A stretch of 64,000 nucleotides of DNA from Actinomycetota bacterium. GTDB taxonomy: Bacteria > Actinomycetota > UBA4738 > HRBIN12. The position numbers were made by a program, and so were the translations under genes. The stretch's first letter is position 1. Every line of letters begins with the position of its first letter. The notes beneath the pieces are model-generated. The model saw only the letters and a list, made by a program, of their open reading frames with translations, was not told the DNA's origin and ran no database searches. The stretch covers positions 55,222 to 119,221 of the forward strand of contig DASQWI010000019.1 in NCBI GenBank assembly GCA_035640355.1, given 5' to 3'. Below, in pieces: positions 41,983 to 50,448 of this stretch.

Positions 41983-43158
41983 ATGGAGCCCAAGCCCTCC
42001 CAGTCGATCGCGCCGCACGGCGGAACGCTCGTCGACCTGCTCGTATCGGAAGGTGACCGCGACAAGCTCGCCGACGAGGCACGCAATTTCCCGAAGCTCA
42101 CGGTGAACGAGCGGGAGCTGTCGGATCTCGAGATGCTGTCGATCGGCGCGCTCTCGCCGCTGACAGGCTTCCAGGGCAAGGCGGAGTACGACTCGATCCT
42201 CGACTCGATGCATCTACCGAACGGGCTGCCGTGGACGATTCCCGTGACGCTCTCGCTCACCGACGAGGAGGCGAAGCGGATCGGCGGTACGGAGGCCGTC
42301 TCGCTCGTACCGGACGAGGCGGCGGAACCGCTCGCGATCCTCGAAGTCGACGAGGTCTTCGAGCGTGAGCGAGAGCGTGAGGCGCAGGCGGTGTTCGGCA
42401 CGGACGACCTTGCCCATCCCGGCGTCAAGGCGCTGAACGATGCGGGTGATCTGTGCGTCGCTGGCGAGCTTCGAGTGCTGCGGCTGCCGGAACACGAAGA
42501 CTTCCGCCAGTACCGGCTCACGCCGGCGGAGACACGCGCGGAGTTTTCGCAGCGAGGGTGGCGAACCGTGGTCGGGTTCCAGACGCGGAACCCGATCCAC
42601 CGCGCGCACGAGTACCTCCAGAAGTGCGCGCTCGAGATCGTCGACGGCCTGCTCGTTCATCCGCTCGTTGGCGCAACGAAGGGCGACGATGTGCCGGCGG
42701 ACGTTCGGATGCGGTGTTACGAGGCGTTGTTCGACGGTTACTACCCCAAGGACCGCGCGATGGTCACCGTGTTCCCAGCGGCGATGCGTTACGCCGGTCC
42801 GAAGGAAGCGATCTGGCACGCCATCGCGCGGAAGAACTATGGATGCACGCATTTCATCGTAGGTCGCGACCACGCCGGCGTCGGCGACTACTACGGGACG
42901 TACGACGCGCAGCGGATCTTCGAACGATTCGAACCCGGCGAGCTGGGGATCACGCCGCTGATGTTCGAGCACTCCTTCTGGTGCAACCGGTGTGAGGGGA
43001 TGGCGTCGCCGAAGACGTGTCCTCACGGTGATGAGGACCGCGTCTCGCTTTCCGGGACGAAGGTCCGAGAGATGTTGCGCGCGGGTGAGCGGCCGCCCCC
43101 CGAATTCAGCCGGCCCGACGTCGCCGACATCCTGATCGAAGCGATGCGCGCCCGCTAG
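41983..43158 (+). CDS. sat: sulfate adenylyltransferase (ATP sulfurylase)
   Basis: ATG at 41983. IAPHGG.LV.L, QTRNPIHRAHE and GRDHAGVG motifs. Confidence 0.93.
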   Translation: MEPKPSQSIAPHGGTLVDLLVSEGDRDKLADEARNFPKLTVNERELSDLEMLSIGALSPLTGFQGKAEYDSILDSMHLPNGLPWTIPVTLSLTDEEAKRIGGTEAVSLVPDEAAEPLAILEVDEVFEREREREAQAVFGTDDLAHPGVKALNDAGDLCVAGELRVLRLPEHEDFRQYRLTPAETRAEFSQRGWRTVVGFQTRNPIHRAHEYLQKCALEIVDGLLVHPLVGATKGDDVPADVRMRCYEALFDGYYPKDRAMVTVFPAAMRYAGPKEAIWHAIARKNYGCTHFIVGRDHAGVGDYYGTYDAQRIFERFEPGELGITPLMFEHSFWCNRCEGMASPKTCPHGDEDRVSLSGTKVREMLRAGERPPPEFSRPDVADILIEAMRAR

Positions 43159-43251
43159 GCGCGGTTGCTCGCGCGCGCACCGATGCTTGCCCGAGCGCGA
43201 ACACGTTCGGTACTCTGCGGCAGCCTGAGCGCGGCCGACGAGCCGAAGGGG

Positions 43252-44271
43252 GTGCGGACGACCGCTCGCAGGAATCGGTTCTCATCACTGATTCCCCTGG
43301 CCCTCGTGGCGGGGCTCCTCAGCCTCTCTCCCGCGCTCGCCGACACGCAAGAGGAGCTCGATCGCGCCAAGGCCGACCTCGCCGACGTCCAGGCCGAGCT
43401 CGATCGAGCCACCACGGCGTGGCATTCGGCGATCGTTCGTCTCGAAGCGACGAAGACCGAGATCGTTCAGGCCCACGACCGGATCGGTGATCTGGAGCTT
43501 CAGCTCGAGCGCATCGATGCTCGGCTCGCGAGGAGAGCCGTCGCGGCGTTCACGAACGGGCCGGCGACGACGATCGACATCCTGCTCTCGTCCTCGTCGT
43601 TCACCGAGTTCTCCGACCGCTTGGAGTTCCTTGGCAGCGTGGCACAGGACGACGTGGATCTGGCCATCGAGCAACAGGTTCTGCAGGATCAGCTCCGAAG
43701 TCAGCGTGAGGACCTGCAGGTGCTGTCCGAGCGGCAGGCCGAGGAGGCTCGGGATCTCGCGGCCGCCCGCACGGCCATCGACGAGCGGTTCCGCCAGATC
43801 GAGGATCGGGTCGACGAGCTCCAGGCGCAGGTCCGCGAGGAGACGGCGTTCCTGCTCGTTTTCGGCCAGACCCCGAACCCCGACGGGGTGATCCAGCGAT
43901 GCCCCGTCGCTGGTCCCAACTCGTTCGTCGACTCGTTCGGATGGCCTCGCTCGGGAGGGCGGGCGCACCAGGGGATCGACCTCATTGCGCCCTACGGCAC
44001 ACCGATCGTGGCCGCCCACGCCGGGGTCGTCTCGCAGAGCACGAGCTCCCTCGGAGGGCTCCAAGCGTACGTTCACATGTCTGGCGGCACGTACACGTTC
44101 TACGCTCACCTCTCGAGCTACGCGGCCGCCGGGAGCGTGAGCGCCGGCACCGTGATCGGGTACGTGGGGAGCACAGGCAACGCCGGGAGCACGAACCACC
44201 TGCACTTCGAGTACCACCCCGGCGGAGGGGCGGCCGTGAACCCCTATCAGATGCTCCTCGCGGTCTGCTGA
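43252..44271 (+). CDS. secreted coiled-coil M23-family metallopeptidase
   Basis: GTG at 43252 follows GAAGGGGG. A signal peptide ends ..LSLSPALA. About 190 aa of heptad-like sequence, then HQGIDL (HxxxD) and NHLHFEY (HxH). Confidence 0.85.
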   Translation: MRTTARRNRFSSLIPLALVAGLLSLSPALADTQEELDRAKADLADVQAELDRATTAWHSAIVRLEATKTEIVQAHDRIGDLELQLERIDARLARRAVAAFTNGPATTIDILLSSSSFTEFSDRLEFLGSVAQDDVDLAIEQQVLQDQLRSQREDLQVLSERQAEEARDLAAARTAIDERFRQIEDRVDELQAQVREETAFLLVFGQTPNPDGVIQRCPVAGPNSFVDSFGWPRSGGRAHQGIDLIAPYGTPIVAAHAGVVSQSTSSLGGLQAYVHMSGGTYTFYAHLSSYAAAGSVSAGTVIGYVGSTGNAGSTNHLHFEYHPGGGAAVNPYQMLLAVC

Positions 44272-44346
44272 ATCCCTCGTGCGCTTCGGAGTTCCCTCGA
44301 CGCACGAGCGCTACGATGCCAACGCCTCGGGCCGGCGGGAGTCTGT

Positions 44347-44871
44347 GTGAGCGAGCAAACCAAGCGGCGCATCGATCGGATCCGCGACCAGGGGTACGTT
44401 CGTAGACTCGACGCACTGTCGATCGACGAGCTCCGCGCCCGGCGCGACGAGTGCCTGGCCGAGCGCGAGTATCTATCCCTCCTCCGGCGTCTCGTCCAGG
44501 GACGCGCTGAGATCCTGAAGGCGGAGATCGAGCGGCGCGGCTCGGGCGGCGGCGTGCCGATCGTCGAACGCCTGTCGGAGATCCTCTCCGGCGAGCCACA
44601 AGGCCCGTCGCGGGGGGAGGCCCTCCGAGTGGGTATTCCCGAGGAGGAGATGCTCCTGGCGAGGCGCCGTGTGGAGCGTCTCGTGACCGATGCGGGCCTC
44701 TCCGATCCCGGCGCACTCGACGACGCCAGCCTCGAATCGGCGGCGGAGATGCTCGCTGAAGAGGAGCGCACCGTCTCCGAGGAGCGGAACGACGTCCTCG
44801 CCGCCCTCGACGCGCTCCAGGATGAGCTCAAGCGCCGGTACAAGGAGGATCCGTCTCTGGTGCTCGCATGA
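44347..44871 (+). CDS. RsiG-like helical protein (candidate c-di-GMP-binding anti-sigma factor)
   Basis: 174 aa. LSIDELRARRDECLAEREYLSLLRRLVQGRAEILKAEIERR resembles the RsiG signature as I remember it. Two near-matches to E-x3-S-x2-R-x3-Q-x3-D. Confidence 0.5.
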   Translation: MSEQTKRRIDRIRDQGYVRRLDALSIDELRARRDECLAEREYLSLLRRLVQGRAEILKAEIERRGSGGGVPIVERLSEILSGEPQGPSRGEALRVGIPEEEMLLARRRVERLVTDAGLSDPGALDDASLESAAEMLAEEERTVSEERNDVLAALDALQDELKRRYKEDPSLVLA

Positions 44872-45046
44872 CGCCCGGCGCGTCCCCCGTCCGGGGGAGG
44901 GGGCGCAGGCCGATCGTCGGAACCCTCGTTGCCGGCGGCGGCCTCCCACGGGGACGTGGCGTTTCGCCCGCGAGACCTATGGACCGCGCCGCGTGGGGAC
45001 GCCACCCTTGACCGGTCCTCGGCCCAAAGGGGGCCGACCAGATGTC

Positions 45047-45826
45047 ATGAACGAGGCGATGTCCTTCCCCGTAGCGGGTCTGACAGCGGCGGCGCCCCCC
45101 GACGCCGAGATGCAGGCGATCCACCAACAGCTAGCCGTGTTCGCCCAAGAGCTCGGGACGCTGTACCGGCTGGAGCGATCTCGGAGCGCCGAGCTCGAGA
45201 TCGTCCTGGCCAGCCTGCAGCAGACGTACATCGCGACGATGAAGTCGCTTGCGCAAGTGATCGAGGCGAAGGACCGAACGACCCGCGGTCATCTGGAACG
45301 CACCCAGGCGTACGGCCTCGCCCTGACGAAGCGGATCGATGGCGACCTCGCGCGTTCACCAACTCTGGGCTACGGGTTCTTCCTCCACGACGTCGGGAAG
45401 GTGGGCATCCCCGAGCACATCCTGTGCAAGACGGGCCCGCTCAGCGTCTCCGAGTGGGACGTCATGAGAACGCACCCTGTGATCGGCGAGCAGATCGTCG
45501 CCCCAATGGCCTTCCTCACGACGACCGTCGAGTTGATCCGTCACCATCACGAGCGGTTCGACGGCTCGGGATATCCCGACGGGCTTCGAGGCGACGACAT
45601 TCCCCTGTCGGCGCGGATCTTCGCGGTCGCAGATTCCTTCGACGCGATGACGAGCGACCGGCCCTACCGGGGATCGATGGGGATCGAGCGCGCGCTCGGC
45701 GAGATACGAGCCGGATCCGGCTCGCAGTTCGACCCTGCGGTCGTCGGCGTGTTCGTGGACATGATCGGTCGCGGCGCCGACGAGGACGAGCCCGAGCTCG
45801 CGGACGCGCTTCGCCACGCCTGCTGA
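45047..45826 (+). CDS. HD-GYP domain phosphodiesterase
   Basis: FLHDVGKVGIP (HD) and HHERFDGSGYPDGL (GYP). ATG at 45047. The upstream part of the 378-aa ORF is Arg/Pro-rich. Confidence 0.88.
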   Translation: MNEAMSFPVAGLTAAAPPDAEMQAIHQQLAVFAQELGTLYRLERSRSAELEIVLASLQQTYIATMKSLAQVIEAKDRTTRGHLERTQAYGLALTKRIDGDLARSPTLGYGFFLHDVGKVGIPEHILCKTGPLSVSEWDVMRTHPVIGEQIVAPMAFLTTTVELIRHHHERFDGSGYPDGLRGDDIPLSARIFAVADSFDAMTSDRPYRGSMGIERALGEIRAGSGSQFDPAVVGVFVDMIGRGADEDEPELADALRHAC

Positions 45827-45869
45827 CGGTCCTCGCCTCTGGCGGCAGGAGGTTCGTCTCCCCGTCCGT

Positions 45870-46874
45870 GTGGCTACGCTTGTGCGCGTGCCCTCGCCGG
45901 TTCCGCTCGTTCGCGTCGTTCGTTCCGGCCTCGAAGAGAGTGTGCATGTCGGCCACGTCGCGGTGTGCGATTCGCATGGGCAGTTGATCGCGGCGATGGG
46001 CGATCCCGATCGGCTCGTCTTCGCCCGGTCGTCGATGAAACCGATCCAGGCATCGGTTTCGCTCGGTCGGATCGGTGCCGACCTCCCCGACGAGCTCATT
46101 GCGATCAGCGCGGCGTCGCACCACGCCGAACCGCGCCATCTCAGCGCGGTCCGGCGGTTGCTCCGGGCGGGCGGAGTGACGCAGTCGGCGCTTCGATGTC
46201 CGCCCGCGCTTCCGGCGCATGCTGACGACATATCTCGGACCGGTGCGAGACGCCGACGCATCTTCTACAACTGCTCGGGCAAGCACGCCGCAATGCTCGG
46301 CGCATGCGCGGCCACGGCGTGGCCGCTGGAGTCGTACGTCGAGCGAGATCACCCGCTGCAGCGGGAGATCGAGAAGGCCGTCGTTCGGGCGACGGACGTG
46401 CAGGACCCGACGATAGGCGTCGATGGATGTGGCGTACCCGTCTTCGGCCTCCCGCTGCGGGCGATGGCGACGGCCTTTGCTCGGCTCACGCGACCTGAGC
46501 GGCTCGGGCCGCTCGCCTCGAACGCGGAACGCGTCGTCGCCGCAATGCGCGCCCGTCCGTTCCTGATCGCCGGGACAAACGGGGCTGACACGGTGGTGAT
46601 GGGGGCCGCGCGCGGCGTCGTATGCAAGTACGGCGCGGAAGCGCTTCACTGCGCGGGAATCCTCGAGCAGGGGATCGGCGTCGCGGTGAAGATCGCGGAC
46701 GGGGGAGAGCGTGCAGCGGGACCGGCGCTCGTGCGAGCTCTCACCCTCCTCGAGGCGTTGACGCCCGACGAGCGTGAGAGGCTCCAGCCGATCGCGCGGC
46801 GCCCAGTTCTCGGGGGCTCGCGGCCGGTCGGGGAGATGGTCGCGGACTACCGGCTGTCGCGCCATCGCCGCTGA
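45870..46874 (+). CDS. asparaginase (Asparaginase_II / Rhizobium-type family)
   Basis: 334 aa. ..ESVH.G.V.V.D..G......GDP....F.RSS.KP.QA... and CSGKHAAML motifs as I recall for this family. Confidence 0.8.
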   Translation: MATLVRVPSPVPLVRVVRSGLEESVHVGHVAVCDSHGQLIAAMGDPDRLVFARSSMKPIQASVSLGRIGADLPDELIAISAASHHAEPRHLSAVRRLLRAGGVTQSALRCPPALPAHADDISRTGARRRRIFYNCSGKHAAMLGACAATAWPLESYVERDHPLQREIEKAVVRATDVQDPTIGVDGCGVPVFGLPLRAMATAFARLTRPERLGPLASNAERVVAAMRARPFLIAGTNGADTVVMGAARGVVCKYGAEALHCAGILEQGIGVAVKIADGGERAAGPALVRALTLLEALTPDERERLQPIARRPVLGGSRPVGEMVADYRLSRHRR

Positions 46875-46923
46875 ACCGTAGTGCAACTGCAACGATGTCG
46901 GCTCTCCCGAGTACCATTCCTCG

Positions 46924-48195
46924 ATGGCCCACGCACGGATGACCGCTGGCGCACGCCCGCGCGTCGCGGTCGTCAGCGTTCACACCTCCCCGCTCGACCA
47001 GCCCGGAACGGGCGACTCGGGCGGCATGAACGTGTTCATCAGAGCCGCGGCCGAGCGGGTGGCGGCGAGGGGTGTCGACGTCGACGTCTTCACGCGATGC
47101 CGCGGACATGACCTTCCCGAGGTGCAGCCGCTCGCGGGACGGTCGAGGCTCATCACCGTCAAGGCCGGACCCTGCGCGCCGGTCCCCAAGGACGAACTCC
47201 AGCGGTACGCGGGCGAGTTCCTGGGTGGCATGCTCGGCCGCGAACGGCTCGAACGCAGGCGCTACGACCTCGTCCACACGCACTACTGGGTTTCAGGCTG
47301 GGTCGGCCGGAGCACGAAGGACATCTGGGATGTGCCGCTCGTCGCGTCGTTCCACACCCTCGGCAAGGTGAAGAACGCCTCGCTCGCGCCCGGCGACGCG
47401 CGGGAGCCCTCCGCGCGGCTCGCCGGCGAAGAACGCGTCATCGCCGAAGCGGACCGTCTCGTCGCGGCAACACCCAGCGAGGCGTCACAGCTCGTCGGCC
47501 TGTACGGGGCCGATCCGGACATGATCCGCCTCGTGCCACCTGGCGTGGATCACGCGCTATTCCATCCCAGGCCACGCGACGCGGCGAGGGAACGTCTGCA
47601 CCTGACCGGAGTTCGGCTCGCGCTGTTCGTCGGGCGTCTCCAGGCGCACAAGGGTCCCGACCTCGCCGTTCGAGCGGTAGCCGAAGCCGTAGCCCGAGAT
47701 CCGGCCGCCACCGGAGACGTCGTGCTCGGCGTCGTCGGTGGTCCGAGCGGGTCGGGGCACGGCGTCGACGTCGCGCGCCTGCTCGACCTCGCAACGGCGC
47801 TTGGGATTGGCGATCGCGTGGTGTTCTTCCCTCCGCAGTCGCAGACGCGTCTGGCGGACTTCTATTCGGCGGCCGAGATGGTGCTCGTCCCGTCGCGATC
47901 CGAGTCGTTCGGACTCGTCGCGCTCGAGGCACAAGCGAGCGGGATCCCCGTCGTGGCCGCGGCCGTCGGGGGGCTCCGCTACGTCGTCGAGGACGGCGTG
48001 ACCGGATTCCTGGTCGACGGCCACGACCCCGTCGATCACGCCGAACGGATCATCGAGCTTCTCCGCGACCGAACGGAGGCCGAGCGTATGGGACGAGCCG
48101 CCGTCGAGCGGTCCATGCAGTTCTCGTGGGACGCCACCGCCGTCGAGCTTCTCGGCGTGTATCGCGAGCTGATCGACGTCGAGGCCGCGGCGTAA
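46924..48195 (+). CDS. mshA: D-inositol-3-phosphate glycosyltransferase (mycothiol biosynthesis)
   Basis: VAVVSVHTSPLDQPGTGDSGGMNVF is the characteristic MshA N-terminus. GT4 C-terminal ESFGLVALEAQASG is present. Confidence 0.9.
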   Translation: MAHARMTAGARPRVAVVSVHTSPLDQPGTGDSGGMNVFIRAAAERVAARGVDVDVFTRCRGHDLPEVQPLAGRSRLITVKAGPCAPVPKDELQRYAGEFLGGMLGRERLERRRYDLVHTHYWVSGWVGRSTKDIWDVPLVASFHTLGKVKNASLAPGDAREPSARLAGEERVIAEADRLVAATPSEASQLVGLYGADPDMIRLVPPGVDHALFHPRPRDAARERLHLTGVRLALFVGRLQAHKGPDLAVRAVAEAVARDPAATGDVVLGVVGGPSGSGHGVDVARLLDLATALGIGDRVVFFPPQSQTRLADFYSAAEMVLVPSRSESFGLVALEAQASGIPVVAAAVGGLRYVVEDGVTGFLVDGHDPVDHAERIIELLRDRTEAERMGRAAVERSMQFSWDATAVELLGVYRELIDVEAAA

Positions 48196-48371
48196 CGCGT
48201 TCTGAGTCACACGTCCTTCGAGCGCGCTGGGTGGTCTCGAAAAGGATGTCTCCGGAACACTTGCGCCGCAACACGTTCAAGCTCTTCGTCGCGTGCCGTT
48301 CAACATCTTGTCACTCTTTGTCTCAATCGATCTACCTGCGCATATGCGGTATGACCAGCACCTTCTCAAGG

Positions 48372-48400
48372 TTGACCCCGTCTGGGGCCGCCTATACATT
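48372..48400 (+). promoter_or_regulatory. sigma-70-like promoter of the candidate RNA
   Basis: TTGACC (48372-48377), 17-bp spacer, TACATT (48395-48400), in an unusually AT-rich stretch. Confidence 0.4.
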
Positions 48401-48405
48401 TCGCG

Positions 48406-48690
48406 TCGCTCCGAGCAGCCGGAGCGGCCGAGTCAGGGAACCGAAGTCGGGACCCCTGGGAAAGCCGTAAGGACAACTGGGCGCATCTGTCACGTACGGT
48501 CGGGAGAGCTAACTGGCTGTGCTGGCGGAGAGGCTCGGGAGTCCCCAAAGCCCAACGAAAGGGTCTACGGCCAGGAAACCGAGACGGCCGTGAGAGGTTG
48601 CTCGGGGCACTCGAGCCCGAGGGGCTGAGGGTGGCTGGAGACTTCGGTTTCCGGCGAGCCCGAGGTCCCTCGGGTTCTTTCGTTTCTGTC
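48406..48690 (+). ncRNA. candidate structured RNA / long leader of unknown class
   Basis: No credible ORF. Six hand-drawn hairpins (see finding), one with a UUCG tetraloop. Bounded by the promoter-like element and a terminator-like stem plus T tract. Confidence 0.4.
48657..48690 (+). terminator. intrinsic-terminator-like hairpin
   Basis: AGCCCGAGG-tc-CCTCGGGTT followed by CTTTCGTTTCTG. Confidence 0.5.
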
Positions 48691-48751
48691 GGCCCGCACG
48701 TCCGAACCACTCCTTGTCCGGCTTCGGTACCGCCGCTACGGTTGCGCCGCC

Positions 48752-49393
48752 ATGGCCACCCGACAGGGGTCTTCGGACGCGCAGACCAAACGCGGGCTGA
48801 TCGTCGAGGTGGCCATGCGGCATTTTGCCGAGCACGGCTACCGGGGTGCGCGCGTCGAGGACATCGCGGCCGAGGTGGGCGTGGCCAAGGGCACCGTCTT
48901 CCTTCACTTCGGAACCAAGGAAGGGCTGTTCCTCGCGGCGTTCGAACGCGCGGTGAGCGAGCTGCCCGCATGGCTGGATGCACCGCAGGACGTGATCGAT
49001 CGGGGATTCTGGGCGGTTTTCGATTACTGGATCGACCTCACGGAACAGTCGCTGAGCGACGCGTGGGTACCGAACCGGGTGGCCATGATCGGCCGCCATG
49101 ACACCGGTCTCGGCCTCCGTCGACCGATCGACCGACTGATGCGAAGCGAGGACCCCTACGGAACGCTCGACTTCGTCGAGTTCGGGATCCGGCGCGGAGA
49201 GGTGCGCGACGACGTCGACCCCGACATGATCGCCACGGTCCTCGACTGGGTCGCCGAACGGTTCCAGGACGCGCTTGCGAGCGAGGAGCTCGACCCCGGC
49301 TTGGTCCACCGGAAGCCATTCCTCCCCGAACGCCGCAACGTTCGGATCCGCGAGTTCATCGAGGTCCTTCGGAGCGGCATCGCCACCGGATAG
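48752..49393 (+). CDS. TetR/AcrR-family transcriptional regulator
   Basis: 213 aa. N-terminal HTH ..FAEHGYRGARVEDIAAEVGVAKGTVFLHFGTKEGL. Confidence 0.9.
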   Translation: MATRQGSSDAQTKRGLIVEVAMRHFAEHGYRGARVEDIAAEVGVAKGTVFLHFGTKEGLFLAAFERAVSELPAWLDAPQDVIDRGFWAVFDYWIDLTEQSLSDAWVPNRVAMIGRHDTGLGLRRPIDRLMRSEDPYGTLDFVEFGIRRGEVRDDVDPDMIATVLDWVAERFQDALASEELDPGLVHRKPFLPERRNVRIREFIEVLRSGIATG

Positions 49394-49483
49394 CGGGCGA
49401 GGCTCGACGGCGACGCATCCGGCTGCGAACATGGTCGCCCCGTCCGCCAGGGATGGGGACCGATCCCCTCGGGAGACTGGCAG

Positions 49484-50314
49484 TTGGACGACCGGACGGT
49501 GGCGTTCCTCGGCGGCGGCCGCATGGGCGAGGCGCTCATTTCGGGGCTGATCCGCTCGCGCGGGCGCACTCCGGACGAGATCGTGGTCACGGCTCGGCGC
49601 GAGGAGCGAGCGCGCGAGCTCGCCGAACGGCACGGGGTTTCCGCGACCTTGTCCAACCCGGACGCCGTCGAACGCGCGAAGACGCTCGTCCTGATGGTCA
49701 AGCCGCAGGACATGGAGGCGCTCCTCGAACAGATCGCGGACTCGGTGACGTCCGACCACCTGGTGGTGAGCTTCGCGGCGGGCATCCGGACGTCGTTCGT
49801 GGAGAGGCATCTCACCGAGATGGTTCCCGTCGTTCGAGTGATGTCGAACGTCGCCGTGCTCGTCGACGAGGCGATGTCCGTCGTCGCCGCCGGCCAACAC
49901 GCGGAGGACAAGCACCTCGCGGTGGCCGAGGAGCTCCTCGGTTACGTGGGCAGGGTGCTGCGCCTGAAGGAGACGCACCTCGACGCGATCACCGCGACCA
50001 GCGGCAGCGGTCCCGCGTACTTCTTCTTGCTCGCCGAGGCGATGATCGAGGCCTGCATCCTTCTCGGACTCTCGCGCGACGTGGCCACCGAGCTCATCAT
50101 CCAGACCATGCTGGGCTCGGCCAAGATGCTTCGCGACACCGGGAAGCACCCGGTCGAGCTTCGCGAGATGGTGACGTCACCGGGCGGAACGACGATCGCC
50201 GCGATCCGACATCTCGAGGAGGCCGGCGTCCGCGCCGCGTTCCTCAACGCGATCGACGCCGCCCGACACCGGAGCGCGGAGCTCGCCAAGGGCGGAGAGG
50301 AGGACGAGGGCTGA
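49484..50314 (+). CDS. proC: pyrroline-5-carboxylate reductase
   Basis: VAFLGGGRMGEAL Rossmann motif and ..VTSPGGTTIAA... Start is TTG 49484 or GTG 49499. Confidence 0.93.
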   Translation: MDDRTVAFLGGGRMGEALISGLIRSRGRTPDEIVVTARREERARELAERHGVSATLSNPDAVERAKTLVLMVKPQDMEALLEQIADSVTSDHLVVSFAAGIRTSFVERHLTEMVPVVRVMSNVAVLVDEAMSVVAAGQHAEDKHLAVAEELLGYVGRVLRLKETHLDAITATSGSGPAYFFLLAEAMIEACILLGLSRDVATELIIQTMLGSAKMLRDTGKHPVELREMVTSPGGTTIAAIRHLEEAGVRAAFLNAIDAARHRSAELAKGGEEDEG

Positions 50315-50436
50315 TGGGCCGCGGCGACCGAGCGAAGGTGCGCTGGGCGCACGACCGGGTACGCAGAAAGAAGGAAGCACGCAAGCGCGCCGCCGAGGAG
50401 CGGGGCAAGGCCCGCAAGGCAGCGCGCCGGAAGTAG
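50314..50436 (+). CDS. possible 40-aa highly basic peptide
   Basis: The ATG overlaps the proC stop (TGATG). MGRGDRAKVRWAHDRVRRKKEARKRAAEERGKARKAARRK. Too short to judge by composition. Confidence 0.35.
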   Translation: MGRGDRAKVRWAHDRVRRKKEARKRAAEERGKARKAARRK

Positions 50437-50448
50437 CTCCGACCCCAG

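Noticed and set aside
48406-48690. Assigning the gap RNA to RNase P, tmRNA, SRP/4.5S, 6S or a known riboswitch (cobalamin, TPP, FMN, SAM, glycine, ydaO, ykkC, ZTP, c-di-GMP, glmS).
   Set aside because: The conserved core strings I remember for these families (for example GGAAAGUCCGG and ACAGAACCCGGCUUA, GCCACUG, CUGAGA, the tRNA-like tmRNA 3' end) are absent. Only short chance resemblances occur, such as AGCUAAC and GCCGUAAGGA. Memory-based matching is weak, so an Rfam scan is still needed.
48715-48735. The UUCGGUACCGCCG string before tetR resembling a T-box antiterminator core.
   Set aside because: It lacks the GGUGG bulge and specifier-loop context, and the downstream gene is not an aminoacyl-tRNA-related gene.
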